From Eledone cirrhosa (taxonomy: Eukaryota): a DNA stretch of 64,000 nt. Of the stretch, positions 1 to 12,959 are shown piece by piece. Within the stretch, counting starts at the first letter, position 1, and each line of letters starts with the position of its first letter. The notes beneath the pieces were generated by a model. The model made no database searches. It was not told the origin of the DNA and was given only the letters and a program-made list of their open reading frames with translations. The position numbers and the translations under genes were made by a program. The stretch spans positions 328,414,001 through 328,478,000 of the forward strand of contig OZ024741.1 of assembly GCA_964016885.1 (NCBI GenBank). The letters are read 5' to 3'.

Positions 1-501
1 TTGTTGCAATAAGGGGATTTAAATTTTGTCAAATATTACCGATTTCGATTGGTGTATCAATCTTATCAAATATTAAATATTTAAAATGTTTGTTCATATA
101 TTATGTGAGCAATTTCAATATATGTTGATTTGCTGTCCAAATTTTTTCATATATATATATATATATATATAAATTTTCGCTCTACATGGCTGAATACAAT
201 ATAGCAGACTGGCTGATCAGTCAGAACAGCATATTAGGAGATCCACTGATCAGCCAGTTTTGCATATCAGCAGAATGGCCAGTCAGTTTCCTGTATACGA
301 GCGATAAATGGCCGCTTTGCCATTAGAAAAAAAAAAATGTTTCGCTCTACATGGCTGAATACAATAAATGTAATCTGAGTTTTTCGAATATTAATAATAA
401 CATTCGATTCGTTTGCAATTATTCAAACAAGCCTTATTTTTAAAGCCATGTCAGTAGAATGAACTCTTTATTCTTGCTCTTGTGTTGGCATGTGAAGAGA
501 T

Positions 502-545
502 CTGCAGACACTAATGCTTCTGGGTATCACCCTTCATCAGTACAG
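502..545 (-). ncRNA. Type I hammerhead ribozyme, near-canonical (GAAG for GAAA)
   Basis: Minus strand: ctgta-CTGATGA-a-gggt gat accc-a-GAAG-cattagtg-TC-tgcag. Stem I is 5 bp, stem II 4 bp, GUC site. Confidence 0.7.
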
Positions 546-951
546 CTCACTCTTTCCCTGCCAACTGTCAGAGCTAGTGAAATTAAATGCTATTTTCTAA
601 AATATACAGTGACTGATCGGCCTGATTTGCATATTAGCAGACTGGCTGATCAATCAGATCTGCATATTAGTAGATCCACTATACAGGCAGATTTGCATAT
701 CAGCAGACTGGCCAGTCAGTTTCCTGTATACGAACGATAAATGGCCGGCTTTGCCACATTCAAATAAAAAAAAACATTTTCGCTCTACATGGCTGAATAC
801 AATAAATGTAATCTGAGTTTTTCGAATATAACATGCCAACATGCCAACACAAGAACAAGAATTAAGGGTTCATTTTACTGACATGGCGTTAAAAATGTGG
901 CTTGTTTGCATAATTGCAAACGAATCGAATGTTATTATTAATATTCGAAAA

Positions 952-1132
952 TAGGCGGTGGATTGGCAGATCGGTAGAGGATCTGACGCCATGCTTTGCA
1001 GCAAAGAGCCCTTTATAGTCTGAGTTCAAATCCCGCCGAGGTTAACTTTGCCTTTCATCCCTACGGGGTCGTTGAAATAAAGTACAGTAATACACTGGGA
1101 TAATTACTGGCCTTGTGCCAAAAGTAGAAACA
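952..1132 (+). mobile_element. tRNA-derived SINE with 18-bp target-site duplication
   Basis: A-box-like tggcagatcgg, B-box gagttcaaatcc, central tttgcctttcatcc...ggggtcg block and tail ggccttgtgccaaaagtagaaac. TSD attattaatattcgaaaa at 934-951 and 1133-1150. Confidence 0.9.
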
Positions 1133-1409
1133 ATTATTAATATTCGAAAAACTCAGATTAGATTTATTATATATATATACAAATATTGAATCAAAACATA
1201 TCAAATATGTTTAGAATTCTGTGTTTCATAAGCAGGTATGAAATAGCGCTATACGGTTTCTCTTATGAGTGTACATATTCTTCTATAGAATATGTATGTG
1301 GTAAATATACAATATACTCTGTTTTTTATTCGATATATGACTCTTTCTCTATATATATACACATATATCTTTTTCATTAGGTTATATATATATATATATA
1401 TACATACAT

Positions 1410-1697
<288 letters not shown>

Positions 1698-2122
1698 ATA
1701 TTTATCTCCAAATTATTTATTTGTTGACCAACCTTGCTAAATCCACTGCTAATTCATTGTAGTGGTAGTAGGTTATTGTCATAATACCACCCCACTCCTA
1801 CTGACTAGCCTCAGTGTCACGTGATTGATTCTTTAGAATCTGCCACTTGACCAGAGACAGTGAACTTTTTCAGTGCTATGGAATTTAGTCCCCGCTAGCT
1901 GTTCCATCCACTGAATTATTATTTTTATATGAGTTCCTAGTGTCCGCGCATCGCCTGGGAACTTAGCTGAGAATAGACACCCTGATGACGTAATGAATTC
2001 TCGATAGTTACATTGCGTAACTATATTTATCCCATTACAGAAACTAATTAGTTGGAGTGAAAATTTTAGTAAGTAAGTTAATTTTTAATTTTTAATGTTT
2101 AAAAATGTTCTTATTTTACGTC

Positions 2123-2164
<42 letters not shown>

Positions 2165-2674
2165 GTGTGTGTGCGTGTGTGTGTTTGTGTGCATGTGTAC
2201 ATGTATGTGTGTGTGTATGTGTGTGTGCGTGTGTGTGCGTGTCTGTCTTGGAGATTATATCTGCTAATATAGATATCAAGAAAATAAGTACCAAACCCGA
2301 TGAAGATAGGCATTGGGTTCGATATGTTCGACTAACATCTTCTTAGGGTAGTGCTCCCTCACAACCACAATCTAATGACTGAAGCTCTTAAAAGAAATAT
2401 AGGAATTTCCCTCTCTCACATGTCAGCTTTCTCTCGAATATGGAGTTATTCACTTATATGTTAGCCACCTATGATCTCTTCAGCATTAAGAAAGATTTCG
2501 TCTATAAAGCCGCCGGCATATTTTCTACAGTCTAATCTAATAAGTTAGATAGACAACTGTAAACGCTTAATTTATTTATATATATCAAACCTATTATCAT
2601 ATTATACATATGAATAACCCCACGAGGTAATGCAATTTATATTTAATTATACCTAGGGCTGAGAAATGACAATG

Positions 2675-2815
2675 TCGTGAAGATGTTAGATAGAATTCTT
2701 CGCAATATTTCTTCTGTATCTCTGCGCTCACAGTTTAAATCCCACCGACGTTGTCTTTGACTTTCATGTTTCGATATCCATAACAGAAGTACCAGTACAA
2801 CACGGGTGTCGATTC
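2675..2815 (+). mobile_element. Degenerate copy of the tRNA-derived SINE
   Basis: gtttaaatcccaccgacgttgtctttgactttcat...aagtaccagtacaacacgggtgtcgatt aligns loosely to the other copies. Confidence 0.6.
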
Positions 2816-3620
2816 TTTCTGTATATCACTTTTTTACTTTCTCCCTCTCTCTCAGTTTATTTCTCCTCCTCTGGAAAAATATGTCAACATTCACACTTTG
2901 AGAGGGTTGTGCTCGACCATGTTTAAAATCCCAAGATTTCCACTACCTTCTCTCATTTAACACAGTGTGTAGCTTGCTTTTAACCACCAGTTAATCGCAA
3001 TTTAAACTCCAGTTATTTTCCACAAGTACACAATATTGCCTTACATGGGAAATTCTAACAACTATATCCTCTAACGTTTGTGTTTATAGTTACATATTTT
3101 ACCCTTCGTTTCTTCGTCTACACTTCAGCCTAATCTTTTTTTCATCATTCGCATTTATCTCCTACAAACCTACAAACTCGTTTAAATATTGAATTTTTAT
3201 GGACTTTCGTATTGTATAGGTATACTATCGCATTCCCTTACAAACATATCATATAATACTTCTCTCCTCCCCGTCATTATTGACGATAGTGACTCTCAAT
3301 ATGAGGTCGTATTCGGCGCCTTTCCGCCCGCTTGGCAAGTTGCAATTCTGAAATTTCTCAACCATTCCTTTATTATTATATATTGTGGATTTTTTTCACA
3401 ACTATTTATGAATTTACATATTTAACCCACTTATAAATTTAATGCATTATTTTGTTTTATCATAAAATATCTTTAATTATTATTATCTCCAGCATCTGGC
3501 TATTTTTAGAATTTCTTGAAACAATACTCAATCATTCATTTCATGGTTAATTCCGTTATGTTCATTTCACAAACTAAGCTCTTTTTATTTCCTAAAGAGA
3601 ATCTGACGTTATAAAATAAT

Positions 3621-3801
3621 TGTTTCTACTTTTGGCACAGGGCCAGCAATTATCCAGTACATTACTGGTACTTTATTTTATCGACCCCGTAATGATGAAA
3701 GGCAACGTCAACCTCGGCGGGATTTGAACTCAGATCGTAAAGAGACGTAACTATGCTGGAGAGCATGACGTCCGACCCTCTACCGATACTGCCAATCAAC
3801 C
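3621..3801 (-). mobile_element. tRNA-derived SINE with 16-bp TSD
   Basis: Reverse complement of the 952 SINE; TSD gacgttataaaataat at 3605-3620 and 3802-3817. Confidence 0.9.
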
Positions 3802-5026
3802 GACGTTATAAAATAATACAGCTTTTTTGCTTACAGTATATTCCCTTCAGGAAGAACTTATAATAATCATTTTAACTGTTATCTGGTCTTAAACCTAATT
3901 TAACATGTTTTAAATTAACCATTGATCTTTATTCTTAGACATTCATCTGAAACGTTTATAACTTATTTACGAACATTCAAAATATGATTAGTTGTCTCCA
4001 GGGACATTGTATTGTTATAACACCGTTTCCGCTTTACCATTAATTAATTAGTTCACTAATTACATTATATATTCATATCACCTCCGTTATATCTCGAATA
4101 TCTCATACAAAGCTAAATCTCTTATCGCGACCGAATTTACTTTTAGTGCTTTCGATACCATATGCCCCAAATGCTCATGTTTCTATGGAAAACATACACC
4201 CATATTAAAGAGTTCCTATCTAAATTTAAAATGTACAGCTTTATTTGGTATAAGAATCATTTTTTTTAAGGTAATGTTACTAATACCATCTTAGTGATTT
4301 CGGCGGCGGAGATATAATTGATACTGACGGGATTTTCCCATACTCAGCAAAGCATTTAATTATAAGTTTGAAACCAGAGGCAACGGACAGGAGTACCAGC
4401 TAGATCACCATACGGTTTAAATAGACGACTCTCCGATATCCGAACGGCTAAACGTCATCAACTGGATGCGACGTGACCCCTAGTGTGTAAGAAGTTAACA
4501 GCCGAAACACTTACTGGGGTGTGGAGGGGGGGGGGGTTCTCTGGGGACTTCTGCTGTCAGATTTTCTTGAAAGTTTCTTACAAGAAATAATAGATTAATA
4601 AATTCTTTTAGGGAATCCTTTCAAACTGTTCATTAATTAATTGAGATTAATGATGAATTTCATTACAAATTTGATGACGAAATGTTTTAATATCGTTCCA
4701 TTACCAATTAACTTTCTTCAGCGGAGTTAACAATTTACACCGCATTACCAAGTGACTTAAGTATATTTCTATTTATGACTTTAAATCAAATTAGTTAATC
4801 GGTTCTTTATATAAGAATCTACAAGAATGGATATTTTTTTTCAAACATAATTGACTAATTTGATTTAATGATGTGACTGACGAGCAGACTGATGCTGGTG
4901 TCGGCTTTATGACTTCCGTAGGAGACCATGATCCAATCAACTGTGCATAGTACGTAACCGGTCGAGAGTCAATAAAAACATATAAACGAAACTTCATCGA
5001 TATCTATATATATATATGTATATATG

Positions 5027-5118
5027 CCGACGGCAGAGCTCAAGCCGTTTCCACGGCTATTTCTGGACTAAATTAGAATTTTTAGCGTGGTAATAAATAG
5101 CCGAACTTTTCAAGGGGT
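5027..5118 (-). ncRNA. Type I hammerhead with U3-A8 core and long stem II (stem I 3' strand truncated)
   Basis: acccc-TTGAAAA-gtt-cggctattt...aaatagccg-tg-GAAA-cggc ttgagctct gccg-TC-gg then (TA)n; stem II is a perfect 9 bp. Confidence 0.6.
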
Positions 5119-6068
5119 AATTCCTTATATGGGAAGATTGCAATTGTCAAAAGGATTGTCAAGATTTCTTTAAACACATTTAAATCTTTCATGGCGGTGG
5201 GTGGGAGGTGGGAGTGGCTAAACTTGCCTGTAGAACAATGAGGGAGTGTGTTGAGTCGGTCAAGCGTTGAAAATGAATGCTATACAGCAAATTCTAAGGA
5301 GTATATTTGAAATTAGGCTAGGTAGAAAGCAGGCGAAAAATCTGAGAGTGGGACGTTATAAAGTTAAATGGTTAATAAATTGAGAAAATGTGTAACTGCA
5401 TGTAAACACCGATTGCGTAGGGCTTACCTCGCCCTCAAACCCCCTCATTACCCGGGTGAGTAGACAATGGCTGCAACATCCTTCTTTTCCCCACTTGCCG
5501 AACAAGATAGGGGACACCCCAGCATACATAGGTAAATTTACTTCTTTTCTTTTTCCCTTTATCTCTTCTTATCACTTTCTTCACATCCCTCTCCTCTTCC
5601 TTTTTCTTTTTCGTCTTTCGCCTTCCCTGGGGAAGCCCATCGGGCTTCTGTAGCCTCAATACCCCCACCCCACTAAATTCTATATAGCATTGGCCGAAAA
5701 CGCAATACCAGTTAAAAATATATCAGCTGCTTTAAACTCTAGAGATTTTTTATTATTTTTTAATATTTCATTTTTTTTATTATTTTTATTTATTATTTTT
5801 TATTCTCAATGTATTAACCATTTAATTTTATTGCGTCCCACTCTCAGATTTTTCGCCTGCTTTCTACCTAGTCTAATTTCTTACACACTCCTTAGAATTT
5901 GCTGTATAGAATTCATTTTTAACGCTTGACCGATTCAACCGACTCCCTCATTGTTCTACGGGCAAGTTCAGCCACTACCACCATGAAAGACTTAAATGTG
6001 TTTACAAGAAATCTTGACAATCCTTTTGACAATTGCAATCTTCCCATATAAGGAATTACTCCTTGAAA
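5027..6068 (-). mobile_element. PLE 3'-end (pseudo-LTR) remnant with inverted duplication
   Basis: 5027-5270 resembles 56960-57220. ~5390-5450 is the reverse complement of ~58235-58290, just past the PLE ORF end. ~5109-5387 is inverted at ~5803-6068. Confidence 0.7.
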
Positions 6069-6074
6069 TTAAAG

Positions 6075-6578
6075 GCATTTTGAAGACCTTACGCTTATGT
6101 TTTAGAGTAGTGACAATGCTGAAAATAGAAGTACGTGATATTGTCACTACTCTAAAACAATAGCGTAAGGTCTTCAAAATGCTTTTAATTAAGCATACAG
6201 TATTGCAAATTTACAGTATATATACATTTATATATATACCGCTATTTCAGGGCATCAATTCTAATTTTCAATTTTTGCTGGACCGGCAACGGCTCTGTAT
6301 AATCAGTTCCTGATTATTACTGGAATTCTATAAGAATACAACATTCATAATTTCAGCATATAGGAGGAGTGCTGAGCTTTGATAAGTAACAACAAGTACG
6401 AAACAGAACTCTGTCAGCTTATCTCCCCTTGTTTGCTGAAATCGGAAGTAAGTGACATTGTCTCTACTCTAAAACAATAGCGTAAGGTCTTCAAAATGGT
6501 TTTACTTAAACATACAGTGTATTGCAAAATACACTATATATACATTCATATATATATATCGCTATTTCAGAGCACCAA

Positions 6579-6585
<7 letters not shown>
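6075..6585 (+). mobile_element. Retrozyme-like ~317-bp tandem unit (family B) with short inverted arm
   Basis: ttgtc(a/t)ctactctaaaacaatagcgtaaggtcttc at 6141 and 6458; 6075-6116 is inverted relative to 6141-6182; ends in (TA)n; same family as 17932-18632. Confidence 0.8.
6375..6419 (+). ncRNA. Minimal type I hammerhead, U3-A8 core
   Basis: agct-TTGATAA-gtaa caacaa gtac-GAAA-cagaactctg-TC-agct (one mismatch in stem II). Confidence 0.7.
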
Positions 6586-6623
<38 letters not shown>

Positions 6624-6724
6624 AATTTGTATTCCAATGTTACTAAGTAGTTGCATTGGATGGAGTCAACCGACGTCAGAGATTGCTCAACGTATAATAA
6701 AGTGTGTTTTAAAATCCGGAGAAA

Positions 6725-6974
6725 ATATGGAGAAGAAGTTTACGAAATGGAAATGCGGGTATATAGAATTTATTAGGTAACAATTGTTTCTATAGTGTAT
6801 GGGTTACCTATACCTCGCTATTTGAATAATATACAAATATTATCATAAACCGAAGGTACACTGTAAGCAAACACACCATGTCTTCAGACCTTTGTATTAG
6901 AATGATATATAACAATTGTTACCTAATAAATTCTATATACCCGCATTTCCATTTCGTAAACTTCTTCTCCATAT
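6725..6974 (-). mobile_element. Fold-back element (64-bp arms) enclosing a hammerhead
   Basis: 6725-6788 is the reverse complement of 6911-6974; the arms end at aacaattgtt; (TA)n lies on the right. Confidence 0.8.
6775..6891 (-). ncRNA. Type I hammerhead, canonical core, long stem II
   Basis: aggt-CTGAAGA-c-atggtgtgt...atacactat-a-GAAA-caattg-TT-acct; palindromic stem III, GUU site. Confidence 0.7.
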
Positions 6975-6990
6975 ATATATATATATATAT

Positions 6991-7191
6991 ATAAAGAAAA
7001 AGAGCTGAAATCGAAAATGCAACTGGAGTCTTATTTGAATAACTGCGAAACCGGTAAAGGAACCAAATAAATATATATATATATATTTTAAATAAGACTC
7101 CAGTTGCATTTTCGATTTCATCTCTTTTTCTTTATACTTTCACTCGTCTAGGACACCTCGGTTATTTTTCAATGTGTAAAAAAAACCTCAC

Positions 7192-7199
<8 letters not shown>
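6991..7199 (+). mobile_element. Fold-back copy of ~230-bp HHR element (family D), HHR 5' half missing
   Basis: ctgcGAAAccggTAaagg; ~6991-7046 is inverted relative to ~7090-7135; ends ctcactttctaata(TA)n like the 28327 and 51137 copies. Confidence 0.75.
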
Positions 7200-7248
<49 letters not shown>

Positions 7249-7419
7249 GATATATATCTATATATATATATATATGCATATATATATTTGCATACAACCA
7301 CCCACACATATATATATGCACAAACACGCACATTTACACACATGCATGCACACAGACACGCATACATATGGATACATACACACATATATACTTATATAAA
7401 TAAATAAATTATACAATTA

Positions 7420-10400
7420 TCAAAGTTGTGTTCAAATCATTTAATAGCTGACAATCGTTTCTTCCAAATTCTCGTTTGGAATCATCGGAGCATTATCAAT
7501 GTTTGCACATATAATTAACCTCCTATTCAACTGAACAATAATATAGATACATATAAATTGATGTTGTGAGCAACAGTTTCGTATTTACAGGGTGGAATGG
7601 ATGTGGTATATATTTTACGAGAATTGTACAATAATTGTACAAACATTCAAGTTCAAATTCAAATTCAAATTCAAATTAAATTAAAATCAAAAGCACGGAG
7701 TGGAATACATGCAACAGATAAAACAAGGGAATAGTCCAATTATTAAACAGACATTGAGGAAGTAGTTTTGAGAAAGGAAGAGTGCATTAGAATCTATGGT
7801 GGATGTTGAATGTTGATAGTGTTCGAATTAATGTGTGTTGAGAAACATACAGTTTTTGCAGACTTTTCCATGACATATGTTGAATTAAATTTTAGTTAAT
7901 GTTTATATTGAATGTTTTAAGTTAGTTAGAGCAATGGATTGTAAATTAGTCTTAATGAATTCATATTCATAGACTATATTTGATCAACCGTTAAATTTTC
8001 AATCGTTAATTTCCGGAAGTGAATAAGGGGAGCTAATGCGTAAGGGGAGGTAACTAGTTAATTAAGTTCTATTCATTTATTAAAATTATTTGTTCTAATA
8101 CACACTATAATGTGATACCATTGGATCTCAGTTACATAACGCTGTATATTTATACCTGATTTTAAATACAGTGTATTTTACATTAAAGGTCTCTTTAGAT
8201 TTTTATCTATTCATTACTGGAAAAGGTATATGTTATGAAGGATTATATAGCTGTTAATATGTCATAATAGATATGCTATATGTGTAATAATATAATCCCT
8301 AATATGTAATGCTATTACATTTTATATTTAATTATAAATGTATATATACTTTATTATTATTATGTTGTGTAATTTAAGCATTTAATTATACAATTATAAA
8401 TCCATTACTGTATATGATATAATTAATCTATTGTAGTTATATCACAAGGTGGTAACTCTATGTCTAATTCTAACTGTTATTTCAGAGCATAAGGTTATAG
8501 ATGAATAGGAGTTGTGTAGAGGGAAGAGTTGGACGAAAGGTTTGTGGTTGTGGGTGCTGCTAAGTCCTAGATGTGTAGTGTTAATGGTGGTCGGGAATTC
8601 AAATCTCACATTGTTGTATACTAACAGCTAGGTTTAAAGTTATGGAACGAGTGCCGGTACCGGTGTTGGCACGAGGAAAATGTCTCTGACTTTCTATTAA
8701 GGAGGTCTAGTTTCGAAAACATTATAGTATGGGTCTCCAGAAGGCAGAGATTACACAATTCATTCGGTGGTTTATACGATGAGGCCCTACCTACTACTTC
8801 CCATTGCAGTGTAAATGGTCTATTCCTAGTTTTCAGAGAGGGTACGTAGCTAGATAAAGAGGTGGAGCTGGCAAGATTGTGTTTTTGAAAGAGTGGAGGT
8901 GCGTGTTGTATCTCGTCATGAATTTGTTCGAAGAAGAACCTATATATGTTTTAGAAGAGATGTTTGCGTTAACGGTGCATGAGTAGATGATGTCTTTGGT
9001 TAAGCAATTATTACCTAAGGGACAAGTTCTATTAGTTCTACAGTCACATTTATTCTAGGTGTTAGCTTGCCGGTTCCTATGTTGTGAAGAATTATGGTTG
9101 CTAGCGATAGCACTAGGGTAATGATGTCTATCATTCGTATTGTTATTGATTTCATTAGGGCCATTATCATTATTACTATTATTGCTACTATTGTTTACAG
9201 GTACTAAGTTTACCTCCTGTTGTGTTTTAATTAATTGGAAATAGTTATTAATCTTCCTTTTATTACTACTAGCTATATGGTATGCTATGTTAGGTGTGGT
9301 GGAGTACGATAATTTAATTGTATTTTTTATTGATAAGGCTATGGTACTTGTGGCCGGTCGGGGAGTGTTTTTCTAAGATTGAGAAGAAAGCCTTGGGCAA
9401 GTTGGTAGAGACGTTTAGATTGAAAGGGGGATTGAAGAATGTATTAGTTCTCCTACTTTTGTTTATAGTATTGTTTTTTGACGTATTTATATCCCTGTTT
9501 ATATTATTATCGTGGTGTTTACTTGGGTGCGAGTTAAGTTTGGTATTAATCTTCGTCTTAGAGTTATAGTGGCTAGTGTTTTTACTATTTTTCCTCATGG
9601 CCATATTATGAGAAATAATGTTGTAACTATGGGATTTTATAGATAGGAATTCAATCTCATTCTTATGTCCTGATTTAGCTAAGACCTCATTGTAGTATTG
9701 TGAATTATTGTTAAATATAGTTTCATTATATGATAGATTAGAGATTCTATTAGATATTCCTTTGGTAATAGAATTTACTATGGATTTAGGGTGGTTAGAG
9801 TTGGTGTTCACATGAATTAGTTTTTCGTTAGGTTTATGATAGGGTGTGTATATTCTAGAGTCTAGGCTAAGGGTAGCATCAAGGAAGTTGACGTTTTTAG
9901 TGTTTTTCTATAAGGTGATACTTAAGTTGAAGTTTTTGAAAACTTTATGCAACTGTTTCCTAGTTTTTTCTATATTATTTTTTTCATAGTCTATAAGAAG
10001 AAGCGCATCATCGCGGTATAAACCACCGTTGGGGTAGGGTAGGTTCTTATGGATTTCATTAAGTAGGTATAGGCCCACCAAATCGGTGACCTGCGCCGAG
10101 TCACTAGATCCCATGGTTATGTCGAAGTTGTTATGCGTATCCTTGCGGGTCCATAATTGTTCTTCAAATATAATTATGGTTTTTCGGACCGCAAGTATGA
10201 CATCAATTTGGCATCTAGTCAGGTCACTATTGTTCATGGCCATAATTAGAACCTTATTTAATAGGATAGGGGAAATAGAGGTGTAGTATGAATTGATATC
10301 AAATTGTATAATTTTTTTTATTTTTACACTCTTTAATACCCTTGAACCATTCAATAACCTCACCCGTATTTGCCCATTGGTTAAGGTATAATTTGTGCTT

Positions 10401-10888
10401 AAATTGTGGGATGATTTTATCTAATATTTTCTTGCTGATAATACCAATGTCAGACTTGGAATGGCAAATATGTTTAATTGAAGGATTACTAATGAAGTCT
10501 TTTTTATGGTCCTTCAGAGAGAATATTGGGGGATTAGGGGTGTATGGCTGTGTATATCTCTGAAGTCCCAATTTACTCTCTATATTACGGCCTTCAATAT
10601 TTATATCTTCTAGGTTTTTAGTAGTAGTTTTCTTGTAGCTCTATGCAGTTCCTTATATATACATTTTCTATAAGTATCGTAATCTAAGCTATATATATTA
10701 TTAGTTTTATCTGCATGTACTAGGATTTTTTCATTTTTATTAAATCCTTTAATAGTGGAGTTAAGATTGTTTAAGAAGGTGTTGTTTCTATTACGATGTT
10801 TTTTTGTATTTTATGTTCTTAACTAGTTTAATTAGATCATTTTCAAAGGAGTTTAATAATGTGTTGCCAGGAGGGCTTTTAAATGTTT
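7420..10888 (-). mobile_element. Penelope-like element, 5'-truncated and decayed (RT + C-terminal GIY-YIG, long 3' region)
   Basis: ORF fragments QFDINSYYTSI, FDITMGSSDSAQVTDLVGLYLL, GLYRDDALL, FFNPPFN; CDCRTNRTCPLGNNC...IIYSC...YIGS at ~8900-9050; same family as 60350-64000. Confidence 0.9.
7447..7491 (-). ncRNA. Minimal type I hammerhead at PLE 3' end (U4C substitution)
   Basis: gct-CCGATGA-ttccaaa cgagaa tttggaa-GAAA-cgattg-TC-agc. Confidence 0.65.
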
Positions 10889-11170
10889 TAATATACATAT
10901 ATAGATATATAGGCGCACACATACGAATACATACATACATGCATGCATATACACACACGCACACACACATGCATATGAATACATATACCCACACACACAC
11001 ATAAACACATACACAACATACACCCCACACATGAATAAATCGTCGATACAGTCCAGTGGCTGAATAAGCAGACACGAAAAATATTAAAAACAAGATCAAA
11101 AATAAAATAATATAAAGACATAAATGAACGGGATGACACAAACAAGACAATAATAAATATATTCATATAT

Positions 11171-11262
<92 letters not shown>

Positions 11263-11299
11263 CGTTTCTGAATTTGTTTAGCAAGATTCTTTATCTGAA

Positions 11300-11659
11300 A
11301 TCGTGTGTTGAAACCGATATTGTTATACTTTGGGAGGGTCATGTTGCCAATAAAAAACACACGCACCAGTTGCTTTCACTTCAATTTATTATATATTTAT
11401 AAATTTACAAATCTACAAACTTATAAATTTCTGGTTGGTTGGTTGGTTCCACAACCAGATAGTTGTTTATATATAGTCATAGTCCTTTCGTCACACACTC
11501 TGTGACCTCTTCAGTGACTGGGGATTCCTTTCTTTGTTTCTGTGCCTTTCCTTTCTTCTATCCTACGCCATTTTGTTTCTGTGTGTGTGTTGTGTGCTCA
11601 GTTTGCGCATGCGCCACATTCGGGTGTCTGTGTGTGTTTGTGTTCATTTATCTATTTGT

Positions 11660-11690
<31 letters not shown>

Positions 11691-12068
11691 TTGTTGGTTG
11701 GTTGTTTGTTCTATGTGTGTGTGTGTTTTCATTTTGTCCTCAATTGTAAGTTGTGATGTTGCTGTTCCACTCATATTTTCTATTTAATTTTGGTTGTAAT
11801 TCTTTTATGCTTACTGCCTCTGTAATTTGCCTAAACATTGCATCTTTTCTGTGTGTGGATTCCATTTTTATTTTTATGTTCTCTAATCTACCCCTGTGTT
11901 CTATCTTAGCACGTTGGTAGAGCACAGATGATTCTTTATTATCTTGAAGGTCTCGCCAGTGTTCATTTATTCATTCCCCTATACTGCGAGCTGTCTCACC
12001 TATGTACACTATATTTTTGTTTCTACATTGTCCTTCAGTACATCTTATGCTATACACTACATTTCTAC
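11300..12068 (-). mobile_element. 3' part of a different PLE: GIY-YIG endonuclease remnant plus pseudo-LTR
   Basis: Minus frame reads VYSIRC...VYIGETARSIGE*INEH...H...RQITEAVSIKELQPKLNRKYEW (~11765-12060) with an HHR downstream. Element boundaries are approximate. Confidence 0.75.
11475..11519 (-). ncRNA. Minimal type I hammerhead, canonical core
   Basis: agtca-CTGAAGA-g-gtcaca gagtg tgtgac-GAAA-ggac-TA-tgact. Confidence 0.75.
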
Positions 12069-12092
12069 ACAGACACACACACACGATAGCAA

Positions 12093-12543
12093 TTAACAGC
12101 GGTTCGATCGTATGTGGGTTTTCAGCCCAGCTAATGATCTAAAATGTCTTGCACAGAGTTGGCAGCCAAAACATTCACTGGGAATAGCCGGCTGTGGCTG
12201 GAGTTCATGTACTTTTGCATGTCGTTTGAACCTTCCTGCTGATTTACATTCTCTACCACATGCTTGGCAAGCATGATGAGTAGCATCTCCAACAGCAGCC
12301 TGGTAGTCAACCACTGTTCTTACTTTATGACTGCGAAGATGAATTTTGAATGCAACTTTGCTTAGGCAGAGTCTCGTACAGACGCTGCATGTCAGCGCCA
12401 TAGGAGGACCTTCGCCGTCTGCAAATGCAACAGCAATGCCCTTCCTCACATCCCGCTTTACTTTCTCGTATGCGATTCGAGATGCCTCAAAGGCAACTTT
12501 CCCCTCATACACAGTCTTTCTCCATTTATTACGATCAGCGGCA
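12093..12543 (-). pseudogene. RTE(BovB-like) LINE 3' end with three C2H2-like zinc fingers
   Basis: AADRNKWRKTV (RTE C-terminal DRxxWR motif), then CSVC..H..SH, CQAC..H..VH and CQLC..SLAGLKTH; flanked by microsatellites. Confidence 0.7.
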
Positions 12544-12959
12544 TGTATGTATATATATACATATATACATACATATATCCACATGCATATCCACGAACAT
12601 ACACATATATATATACATATACATATGTATATATACACACATATACACATGTATACACACATACACGCAATATCCGTACATACACGCACATACACACATA
12701 TATATTTATACACACGCATATATACAGATTCAAACATAGACACATATATACGCAAGTATAAGGGTAAGAATACACACACGCATCCACACGCATATACAAT
12801 GTAAGAACAAAAATATACACATATATATATACATATATACATATATGCGTCCACATACATGTTTATACATAGGCATGTAGAGATATACACACATACCTAA
12901 GACAAACATTATTATTGCGCAAATAAATGAGAATACGTAATTAAAAATAAATACAATTA

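Larger units (their letters stand above)
174..1168 (-). mobile_element. Retrozyme-like ~438-bp tandem unit with fold-back arm (family A)
   Basis: ttcgctctacatggctgaatacaat recurs at ~177, 341 and 779 (period 438). ~835-951 plus 1141-1168 is the reverse complement of ~362-493. The block is bounded by (TA)n and contains an HHR at 502-545. Confidence 0.7.

Noticed and set aside
952-1132. SINE heads as tRNA genes
   Set aside because: A and B boxes are present but there is no cloverleaf; the shared body, tail and TSDs identify them as SINEs.
1975-2030. CTGATGA-cgtaatg...cattgc-GTAA hammerhead-like motif
   Set aside because: GAAA is mutated and there is no convincing stem III or stem I partner; at best a decayed motif.
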